Made by a program: the position numbers and the translations under genes | Part shown: in pieces, positions 28,998 to 38,700 of the stretch | How positions within the stretch are numbered: the stretch's first letter is position 1 | Layout: each line of letters starts with the position of its first letter | Notes under the pieces: model-generated | What the model saw: the letters and a program-made list of their open reading frames with translations, nothing else | Database searches by the model: none | Told to the model about the DNA's origin: nothing | Assembly (NCBI GenBank): GCA_045544575.1 | Contig: JAZPZG010000077.1 | Coordinates: 1-43,803, forward strand | From: Clostridia bacterium | GTDB lineage: Bacteria > Bacillota > Clostridia > UBA1212 | Length of the DNA stretch: 43,803 bases | Reading direction: 5' to 3'

Positions 28998-30197
28998 TTG
29001 ATTAAACTACTTGTGCGAATGTTTATTCCTGATTTTGAGAATACACAGGATAAAGACGTAAGAGCTTCGTACAGCACACTTTCGGGAGTTCTTGGGATAA
29101 TCTGCAATTTTTTCCTCTTTGTTGTGAAAATCATTATCGGAATGATGATGAGCAGTATTGCGGTTGTGTCTGATGCGTTCAATAATCTTGCGGATATCGG
29201 AACCTCAGCGGTCTCTATTGTCAGTGCCAAGATGAGCAACAAGCACCCCGACAGAGAGCACCCGTTCGGACACGGAAGAATTGAGTACGTTGCTTCGCTG
29301 ATAGTTGCTTTTTTGATAATGCTGGTGGGCTTTGAGCTTTTAAAAACGTCTGTTGACGGTATCATTCATCCCGAACCCGTAAAAATACAGCTCCCCATGC
29401 TGGTTTTCCTTTTGATTTCAATATCGGTGAAGGTGTGGATGTATTTTTACAACCGTTATCTCGGCAAAAAAATTAATTCTCAGCTTTTGTTTGCTACGGC
29501 AAAGGACAGTATTAACGACAGTTTTTCCACTGCCGCGGTTATTGCCGCTTCGGGACTTGGATATTTGTTTTCTTCGGAACGTTTTGCAGATACGGTATTG
29601 TCGAAAATACCGTATGACGGGATAATAGGCGCTTGCGTTTCGCTTCTTATTCTTTGGGGTGGCATTAACGTCGCAAAAGAGGTTGTAGGACTTTTGCTGG
29701 GAGGACCTCCCGATAAGGAGCTTGCCGAAAGTCTTGAGAAAACGGTGCTTGCAGGGGAAGACGTTGTGGGTGTACACGACTTGATTGTACACGATTACGG
29801 ACCCGGAAGAATAATTGCATCGGTTCATGCGGAGGTTCCCGTTGACTGTGACTTTGTAAAGATTCACGAGACGATTGATGAAATTGAGTCGAAGGTGAAG
29901 GCAGAGCAGGGAATAATATTGGTTATTCACATGGACCCGATTATTACGGGGAACGAGCGGGTTGACGCTCTTAAGAAGCTTGTTGCGGGAATTGTGAGCG
30001 AGTTTGACCCTGAGTTTACGATTCACGACTTCAGAATAACTGACGGAGAAAACCGTATTAACATGATTTTTGACATGGCAGTACCGTGTGAGACCTCCGA
30101 ACAAAAGCGTGCGGATGCGGTGGATTTCATAAAGAAGAGACTTAAGAAAGAAAACGAAGGATATTATGCGGTTATACAGATTGATAACTGCTATTAA
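28998..30197 (+). CDS. Cation diffusion facilitator (CDF) transporter, probably Mn2+-type
   Basis: SIAVVSDAFNNLAD, HPFGHGRIEY, AKDSIND, HDLIVHDYGPG; TTG start after AAGGAGG. Confidence 0.92.
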   Translation: MIKLLVRMFIPDFENTQDKDVRASYSTLSGVLGIICNFFLFVVKIIIGMMMSSIAVVSDAFNNLADIGTSAVSIVSAKMSNKHPDREHPFGHGRIEYVASLIVAFLIMLVGFELLKTSVDGIIHPEPVKIQLPMLVFLLISISVKVWMYFYNRYLGKKINSQLLFATAKDSINDSFSTAAVIAASGLGYLFSSERFADTVLSKIPYDGIIGACVSLLILWGGINVAKEVVGLLLGGPPDKELAESLEKTVLAGEDVVGVHDLIVHDYGPGRIIASVHAEVPVDCDFVKIHETIDEIESKVKAEQGIILVIHMDPIITGNERVDALKKLVAGIVSEFDPEFTIHDFRITDGENRINMIFDMAVPCETSEQKRADAVDFIKKRLKKENEGYYAVIQIDNCY

Positions 30198-30217
30198 TTA
30201 ATTTTAGGAGAGTTTTT

Positions 30218-32257
30218 ATGGGCGGAATTATTTTATTACTGTTCTATTTGGCGGCAGGCGTGATAATTGCCTCAATGCTTTTTGATGACGAAAGGACGTT
30301 AAAAAAGCTTTGGCTCGGCGGTGTCATGGGCGTGATGCTTTTGATGTGGTCGCACGTGCCATTTTCATTCTTTTTGGGCTTTACCGTGTGGTCGCACCTT
30401 TGCGGTGTTGCACTTACCGCTTTGATAGGCGTGGGTATATTTTTTCTTAAAGGGAAAAACTTACCTAAACTTGCAGGTTCTAAGACTGTCGGGAAAAAGA
30501 CGAACAAGCTTATTGCCGTAGAGGGTGTGTGGCCGCTTACGTTGAGCGAAAGGATTATGCTTATATGTACCGTGTCCTTGACGATTCTCGCGGGTGTTAT
30601 GCTTGCAAATCACACAATAGTTGAAATCAACGGTGCGTATTATACGGGACAGTGTACGTACGGTGACATGAACATGCATCTGGGCTTTGTTACCAGCATT
30701 GCAACCCAAGGGATGTTTCCGCCTACCTATAGTATAATTGCGGGAGAACCCCTTAACTATCCTTTCTTGTGTGATTCGGTTTCTTCATCGTTGTATCTTT
30801 TCGGTTCAAGTCTTCGCGTTGCATACATAGCTCCTGCCTTGACTGCTTTTGTTGCGGTATTCATGGGCTTTTGGTACCTTGCGGAGTCGATACTTAAAAA
30901 AGCGGGCAGAACGCTGCTTGCTTTCGTATTGTTTTTCTTTGACGGCGGTTTTGGAATTATTTATTTTCTGGACAACCTTAAAGGTGAGGACAAGTCGAAT
31001 TTTAAGCGAATTTTCGAGGCTTTTTACGAGACACCTACAAACTACGTCAATGACTTGCGTGATGCCGTAAATGCCGCAGGTGAGACGGTGCAGGTACAGA
31101 GCTATTCAAATATTCGTTGGACAAACGTTATTGCAGACATGCTTTTGCCTCAGAGAGCGACACTGTTCGGCTGGATGTGCCTCTTTGCAGTGCTCTATTT
31201 ACTCTACAATGCAGTGTTTAGCGGAAAGAAGCAAAACTACGTTGTGGCAGGCGTTATGGGTGGTTTAATGACCATGGTGCATACGCACTCATATTTTGCA
31301 CTCGGTATGATTGCAATTTGTTGGATTGTTTACAGCTGTATTAAGGAACGCTTCAATAAGGATATTATCGTTTCATGGCTAAAGTTCGGTGTTCCGGCTC
31401 TTGTGCTTTCCGTTCCGCAGCTGTTGTTCTGGACGTTTAATGCGGTAGGTGAGAGCTTTGTTCGCTTTACCTTTAACTGGGCAAACGTGTCGGATTCGTG
31501 GCTCTGGTTCTGGGTGAAGAACGTGGGCTTGGTATTTATATTGCTTCCGATTGCGTTTTTGCATGTTGACAAGGAGAAAAAGTGCATGTACAGCGGTGCG
31601 CTTCTCATTTTTGCGGTAAGTGAGCTTGTTTTGTTCCAACCCAATCCTTACGACAATATAAAGCTTTTCTTTATTTGGTATGTGTTTACGGTAATTATAG
31701 TTGCAGAATTTTTGGCGGATTGCTGGCATAAGCTCAAGGGCATAAAGGGAAGATCTCTTATTGCGGCGGTACTTATTTTTACATGTACCGTTTCGGGTGC
31801 ACTGACAATCGGCCGTGAGGTGGTTTCGGGTGTATATCAGACCGACGGCGATGCAAAATACGCTTATCAGCTTTATTCTGCGGCACAGGTGAAAAGTGCT
31901 GAGTTTATAAAGGAAAATACAGAGGCGGATGCAATATTCCTTTGCCATAATAACCACAACAATTCCATTTCCAGCCTTACGGGAAGAAATATTTATTGCG
32001 GCGCAGGTACGTTCCTTTATTATCACGGGGTGGGTTATCAGGAACGTCAGGCTCTCTTGAAGAAAATGCTTACCGATGCCGAGGCTTTTGAGGAAAACCG
32101 CGAGGCTGCCGGTATTGATTACGTGTTTATAGGCGACTACGAGCGCGGTAATTACGGAGACAGATTGATTTCTGCTCATCTTGATGCGAATTACAAAGTC
32201 ATTTACGATAATGACGGCATAAAGATATATGACGTACGAACCTCAGCGGGAAAATAA
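30218..32257 (+). CDS. Polytopic membrane protein, GT-C-fold glycosyltransferase-like
   Basis: About 13 hydrophobic segments, acidic first-loop motif YGDMNMH followed by PP...YPFL.D, soluble C-terminal domain (SLTGR...GIDYVFIG). Confidence 0.65.
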   Translation: MGGIILLLFYLAAGVIIASMLFDDERTLKKLWLGGVMGVMLLMWSHVPFSFFLGFTVWSHLCGVALTALIGVGIFFLKGKNLPKLAGSKTVGKKTNKLIAVEGVWPLTLSERIMLICTVSLTILAGVMLANHTIVEINGAYYTGQCTYGDMNMHLGFVTSIATQGMFPPTYSIIAGEPLNYPFLCDSVSSSLYLFGSSLRVAYIAPALTAFVAVFMGFWYLAESILKKAGRTLLAFVLFFFDGGFGIIYFLDNLKGEDKSNFKRIFEAFYETPTNYVNDLRDAVNAAGETVQVQSYSNIRWTNVIADMLLPQRATLFGWMCLFAVLYLLYNAVFSGKKQNYVVAGVMGGLMTMVHTHSYFALGMIAICWIVYSCIKERFNKDIIVSWLKFGVPALVLSVPQLLFWTFNAVGESFVRFTFNWANVSDSWLWFWVKNVGLVFILLPIAFLHVDKEKKCMYSGALLIFAVSELVLFQPNPYDNIKLFFIWYVFTVIIVAEFLADCWHKLKGIKGRSLIAAVLIFTCTVSGALTIGREVVSGVYQTDGDAKYAYQLYSAAQVKSAEFIKENTEADAIFLCHNNHNNSISSLTGRNIYCGAGTFLYYHGVGYQERQALLKKMLTDAEAFEENREAAGIDYVFIGDYERGNYGDRLISAHLDANYKVIYDNDGIKIYDVRTSAGK

Positions 32258-32315
32258 AAAATAATTTTTTAAAATGTTTCAAGGTTATTTTAAGAAAACA
32301 ACGTATAATTAAAAC

Positions 32316-32523
32316 TGTAAACAGCAGATGGGATTTATCTAAAAAGCTGTTTGATGGTTTGCATACACTGCAAAAGCGGTGAGCAGGTTGCGGAGTATTC
32401 CCCCCCTAAACAGCTTCGCACCTTGAAACATACCCCTGTTTTAATCACCGGTTTTGTTTTTCATGATTCTTCATATTTTCCCTTCGGACAAGCGGGCAGT
32501 TTAAGCTGCCCGCTTGTTTTTTT
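32316..32523 (+). ncRNA. Candidate orphan structured small RNA (~205 nt)
   Basis: TATAAT at 32304-32309, two predicted hairpins, C/U-rich single strands, own strong terminator, no RBS-led ORF. The 5' end is inferred. Confidence 0.5.
32488..32523 (+). terminator. Intrinsic terminator
   Basis: ACAAGCGGGCAG-TTTAAG-CTGCCCGCTTGT 12-bp perfect stem plus T-run. Confidence 0.92.
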
Positions 32524-32564
32524 ATATGTAAAAATAAATTTAGTTAAATAAATTTAAAAATCGA

Positions 32565-32593
32565 TTGCATTATTAATAAAACGGGTGTATACT
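32565..32593 (+). promoter_or_regulatory. Sigma-A promoter of the giant surface-protein gene
   Basis: TTGCAT-17 bp-TATACT with an AT-rich UP-like region upstream. Confidence 0.8.
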
Positions 32594-32677
32594 GTATACG
32601 TAGGTCTTTACCTATAATGTTTTTTCATACATATAATATATATCATCTGAATTGTCGGAGTACGTAGGAGCCTGCAT

Positions 32678-32693
32678 GGAAAAGCGCTTTTTC
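32678..32693. promoter_or_regulatory. LacI/CcpA-type palindrome (possible operator)
   Basis: GGAAAAGCGCTTTTTC with a perfect 12-bp core AAAAGCGCTTTT and central CG, in the 5' leader. Confidence 0.4.
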
Positions 32694-32734
32694 GTTGCTA
32701 AATAAACCCGGCAAGTGACATGGGAGGAGATATA

Positions 32735-35700
32735 ATGAAAGCGAAAAGAAATTGGACGAAAGGATTATTGAGACGCGTTACGAGCTTTGTGCTTGTGCTT
32801 GTGATGCTGCTTACGAGTGTTACTCTGCCTAAGATTAACTGGCAGAAGAGTAATGCTACGCAGATTGGCGGCACAGTAATGCCTGCGGAACCCGTATTTT
32901 CATGGGAGCCGAGCAGCGCGGATCCGGATCTTTCATACGTTCATTCCGGAAATATTGAGCTTAGAGGCTCTGATGACGGCGCCCTTATTATTAAGAATAC
33001 CAGCGGTACCGGTGTTACTATGGACACTGCGTACGGCACGGTTTTACAAGAGGGTACGTATGCCGATGTTAGCTCTAGCTATTTTGATCTTGCTGCTTCT
33101 TGGGGTCTTAACGAAGAAGAGAATTCCAAGGGATATATTGCGTGGTTCCATACGGGTCCCGACGGAATAGGCAGTTATAATAACGGTATAGCGACGACCG
33201 GCACCGGTGTAGGCGGAACCACCGTTGATTACAGCGGAATTGCAGACTATGACGAAGGTCTTATTTCTTTCAGCGGATTGATTAATGAAGGTAATGAACT
33301 TAACTGGATTCCTCCTCAATATTCCGATACTAACGGTACACGTTATGCATACTTCCTTGTTAAGTATAAGGCTGACGGATATACTCCCCGTATGCGTATA
33401 TGGGCGTACGGTGACCAGCGTGACAACAATGGCAACACATATCAGCAAAACAGAGTTTCTGATGAAGGTCTTACTGCATACAGAAGAAACAAAAATGAGA
33501 ATGAAGACGACGTTGTTTTCATAGAGCGTGATTTCCACGAGGGCGACGGTAATATCCAGTATCAGATTATATGGGTAGACGTAGTGCGTGCGGCAGGAGT
33601 TGCGGGTCGTGAGCTTGATAACTTTGCACTCGAAGTTAACGGTGCGGATGCAACGGACTTTGGTTGGAACGGACACCCTTCTACTGCAAGCAAAAGACAG
33701 ACCGAACTTATAAATAAGGATTTTTATCTCTACGGTATATACGGATTTAACTCCGAGAACGATGCCATTTCGTTTATGTACAGCGATATTCTCGGCGAGG
33801 ATGGTATTGTAGAGGATAACGTTCGTGCTACGAACATCATCAATGCACCCCAGAAGGTTGCAAAGGGCGACCTTGTTGCTTCTCATATCAATGAAGCTCT
33901 TCCCGGTGTTTGGGCAGAAAGAACCCCTTACAACTACGGCACCACGTCTGTTACCGAATATTGGGCGAAGAGTGAGCTGTATCAGTCTGTTCCTTATGTG
34001 CTCGAAAAGGGTGGCGACGGAATCTGGAATCATGACGTTCCCCACTTTGCCATGGGCGATGCGGGTTATCTTGAGACGACCAGATTTACGGCGAATACTC
34101 TTGGCTCACAGAGCTTCCGACTGAAATTGATGAATATTTCAGACGGCGGTACTGCAGAACTCTACCCCGGACATACACAGACAGGTTTCTTCGAGCTTAA
34201 TGCTCCTTTTGAGGTTGTTGAATATGCAAACAGCCCTTCTCTTCCCGACGTGCATACACGTTATGCAAACGGTCACGCATACTACGAGTATGATATGGAC
34301 TTTGCTTTCATGCTTGCTCAAGATGATGGCAACGGTCAACTTATCGACGATTGGAGTATTGACAACTATATCGTTTATAAGCACGGTGTTAACTCTATCG
34401 GAAAGCAGGTTGCAGAGGATGCTATCGATGCCCTTGAAGTTGTTCAGCCGTATTTCCACACTTCGAGAAATTCGATGACGTTTGATCTCGGTCCTGTTAT
34501 TTACGATGATTACGAGACCGTGACTTTCTACTATAATAATACGACAGGTACAGAGGCTACTTTTGAGCTCTATATCACGACGTATTACGACGATACGAAT
34601 TTGGACACTGTAGGTGCAGAAAAGAAATACACGAAGTCTGTTTCCGAGGGCGAAGGTAAAGTTACTTTCACTATTCCTAAGACTACTTTGGGCTACACTA
34701 AGTCCGAGGTTGTTCAGGACTTTGCTATCCGTGTTGTTACAAACGACAAGACTGCTGATGCTGCGGGCGATAAAGAGACCTACGTAGATATCACTAAGAT
34801 TGAATTCGCTGCTCGTCACGAGCTCAACGTTGACTTTAACAACGAAACTGACCGTGAAGACCATAACGCATGGGATTTCAACAACAAGGCTTTCGGTGTA
34901 AGCATTAACGGTGATGCTGTTCAGGGCGTTGCAAATGAGAACAACGGATACAGATTTGAACTGTATAACATTGCATGTGAAGCTTACTGCGATTACCTCG
35001 TTAACGGTGATACTATTACCGACGAGAACAAAATAGAAAAAGAAGAAATTAAGGTCTATGCTGTTCAGCAAAGTGACTATAATTTTGCTTACAATGTTTC
35101 CGGCTATACCACGAATAACGGTGTTAATATTATGGACGGAACCTTCGCTCAGGGTCAGCCTAATGCTGCAGGTCTGGGCCACGTAAACTATTCGTTCACG
35201 ATGCAAAAGGATACCGTAATCGATATCGATGTTGTTTGGGTTGACTATACAAATAACGTAACTGCAGGTATCGGCGAAATTAATTCAGACGGTACCGTAC
35301 AGACGTATATTCCTGCTCCTACTTCTTCTACAGAGTCTGTAGTATTGCAGGGATCTGATAATAATGCGGCATCGGGAACAAGCTCTGAGGTTCTTACCGA
35401 GGCAACATACACAAAAGATGCTTCCAAGGCGGCTTATTATGCTGACGGTACTATACACGTAGAGTTTGATCCTACTTTGGGATATATTGTTACCGATATC
35501 GTTCCTTATTTTGCAGATGCGAACGGTAATCTCCTCGAGGGATACGCTTCGCTCCAAAATCAGCCGGTAAGACTTGGTGCAAGTTCACTTACCTTTAATT
35601 TGGTTAAGAATACTATCATTCCTGAGGGTGCTGCAAAGATTGTAGTATATGCAAGAACTGCACAGGGTCTCAGCAATGGTATCGCAGTTGATCTCGCTTC

Positions 35701-38700
35701 AGGCTTCAAAACAGAAGCAGAGGCTTTTTCGGATGATGACTTGACTGCTGAATTCCAGGTGCTCAGTGATATCCATATCGTTAACCCTGACTACAGAAGC
35801 GAGATAGAGGCAACAGATATTGATGATTATTGGCATCATACGTATCCTAATTATCCGGAAAACGTTAACCCGTTTACAATTCATAATCAGAGATTCGAGA
35901 TGGCACTTCGTGATATTGCAGCAATGCAGTCAAGTAAGTCTATCGGTATTGTCGTAAACGGTGACGTTACTGAGCATAACCAGGCGTATGAATATACAGA
36001 GTGTGTTGAAATATACAACACAGTAAATGCTTCTGTCGGCGGTACGCTCAAGAACATGCTTTGGACTATAGGTAACCACGACTTTGGTCTTTATGCTAAC
36101 AGAGGTAACGGCCTTACCACAAATCACAAGAATTTGTCCGGTTCTGCCATCGGTGACTTCTACGTTAATTTGTTCTTGAATCAGATTGCCGCAGGCGGCT
36201 CTGCTGTCTATAACCCCGGTGTTTCGGGCATTCCGTATTACAGCATCAGTGCTAACGGATGTAAGTTTATTTACCTCGGAAGTGAGGAATATGACGAGAC
36301 TGGTGCTGTTGATGCTATTTTGTCACAGACTCAGCTTGACTGGCTCGCAAGAGAGATTGGTTCCACAGACAAGAATATGCCCGTATTCGTATTCTGCCAC
36401 CAGTCTATGTACAATACTGTTGCAGGTTCACTTCCCGGACAGGGTTGGGACGGTATAACAAATAATGCAGGTTTTGATGCAGGTACAGAGGATCGTCTTG
36501 CTGCTATTTTGGCAAGCCACCCCAATGCTATCTATTTTGCAGGTCACAGCCACTGGGATCTTAATTCCGAAGGCAACATGTATACACAGACAGACAATAT
36601 GTGTGACTCGTTTAATACGGCTTCTACTGCATACTTGTGGTCTACCTATGCAGGTGACACAGGTCACTATGTTGACGGCAGCCAAGGCTACTACGTATAT
36701 GTTTATTCAGATGGTACCGTTCTCGTTAAGGGTAGAGATTTTACTACTAATGAGTGGCTTCCTTCTGCTATGTACTGCGTAGAGCACAAGGACGGTTCTT
36801 CGCTTTCTGCGGACAGCTATGCAGGTTATGTTGACGGAACGACAAAGCTCTACACAAATAAGACTACTTTCTCTTATGGTGAGCCTATTGAGGTTATGTA
36901 TAATAACCAGGTAGCAAGCACACTTTCTAATAAGTGGATTGCGATATATGCATCCAGTGCTACCATTGGTACTAATGCTTGTAAGCAGTATGCATACATT
37001 AATTCCGGTACAGGATATATTACGTTTAATAATTTGCAGGGTGTTACAACCGATAGCGAGGCTGCAGCTTCATTGGGAACAGTAGAATATAATGATCCTA
37101 ATAGTTTTACACCGCTCGTCCCCGGCACTTATAGAATCGTAACGCTCGGTACAGACGCTAATGGCTATGCGTACGCAACAGATTCTGCGGAACTTTGGAT
37201 TACAGTCACCGACGACACGACTGCTGACTATGCAAATCGTTTGAGCGTAGGCGCATCTTCATACAATGTAAACGAGAATATAACGTTTAATTTCTCTCAG
37301 GTATATCATGGAACAAAAGCTGGAGATAATGCTGTTTGCTTGTGTATTTATACTGTTGGCGAAGATCCGACCGTGGATAACTCATACATGTATGCATATC
37401 CTTATATATGGGCAGGCGGAGGTGCTCCTTTTAACGGTTCTATTACAGTGCCTTGCAGCGGAAGCGGTACGGGAACGACCAATTTGAATTTTAATGATGG
37501 TAATAGTAAGCCCGGTGTTGGTTCTTACTATGCGGTGCTTATTAACCCCAGAGGAAGGACTTCTGATGATAAGCCTTACGGCAACTACGAGGAAGTTTCC
37601 AACAGAGTATACTTTGAGGTTACAAACAACAATACTTATTACAATACGCTTTATCAGGTAGGCGGAGCAACGGAATTTACTTCCGGCGAAGCTATAGAAC
37701 TTGGTTATGCTTCTTACGGTACACAAGCTGCATGGCTTGCTATATACGGTGAGAATGACGATCCTAACACTGTTACTGCATCTAAGCAGTATGTATATGT
37801 TACCGGTATATATAACACGATGGCATCCGGCACTGCAACGTTTAACGCATTGCCTGCAGGAAAATACTATGCACAGATTTTGGTTGGCGAGACGAAAGGT
37901 TCGTATGCCGCTTTGAGTGAAAAATTTGCGTTTAGTGTTCTTGATCGTGAGATTTCTATCTCCGGTGTTGACGAAGGTGCAGAGCTTGAATATTCCGAAG
38001 AACAATTGGATATCAGCTATACAGGCGCAGATTCCGGTGACTGGATAGGTATATTCAGAGACGGTGTTACCGATAAGAGCCTCGCGAATGCAGTACAGTA
38101 TGCTTTCATTGCAGGCGACGGAACTGTTGAGTTCTGTCATCCTACAAATGGTACCACCGCAAATTTGGATGCAAGTGCTGTTAATGGTGTGCATTTCAGT
38201 ACAGATGCTGTAGGAACTGTTTTAAGATTCCTTCCCGCAGGTAATTATTACGTGCAGGCATTTGACAGCGACAACGGCAATATAGCATTGTGTGATCCTA
38301 TTAACTTCAGTGTGAAGTTTGCTCTCGACAATATTACCGAAGGTCAGACTTTTGAGTACAGTGAAATGATTCCTGTATACTATTATGGAGCTGAATATGG
38401 TGATTGGTTGGGTGTTTTTGCAAACGGTGTTACAACCAAGAGTAAAGATGCTTCACTTCAGTACGCATGTGTTATAGGTAAAAATTATGTAAACTTCTGT
38501 CCCGACAAAGACGGAACGAGCGGTGATTTGACACCTGAGGCGGGCACCGGACCTTATTATCTGCACTTTGACGATGGTTTGAGATATCTCCCCGCAGGCA
38601 CCTACTACGTTCAGGCATTTGACAGCAATGGCAATGCTCTTTGTGATGCAATCAACTTTACTGTGAATGCGGCACCTACCGAGGAGCCTACAGCTGTTCC

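Noticed and set aside
32316-32523. 6S RNA, T-box or SRP identity for the intergenic RNA
   Set aside because: The 5' and 3' ends do not form the single long 6S rod, there is no T-box GGTGGTACC motif, and no SRP GGAA-loop helix was seen.
32351-32551. 66-aa ORF across the candidate sRNA
   Set aside because: It has no RBS, starts with TTG and runs through a strong terminator.
38221-38665. Similar DNA segments as a DGR template/variable repeat pair
   Set aside because: Both are in-frame coding repeats, the mismatches are not adenine-specific, and there is no reverse transcriptase in the window.
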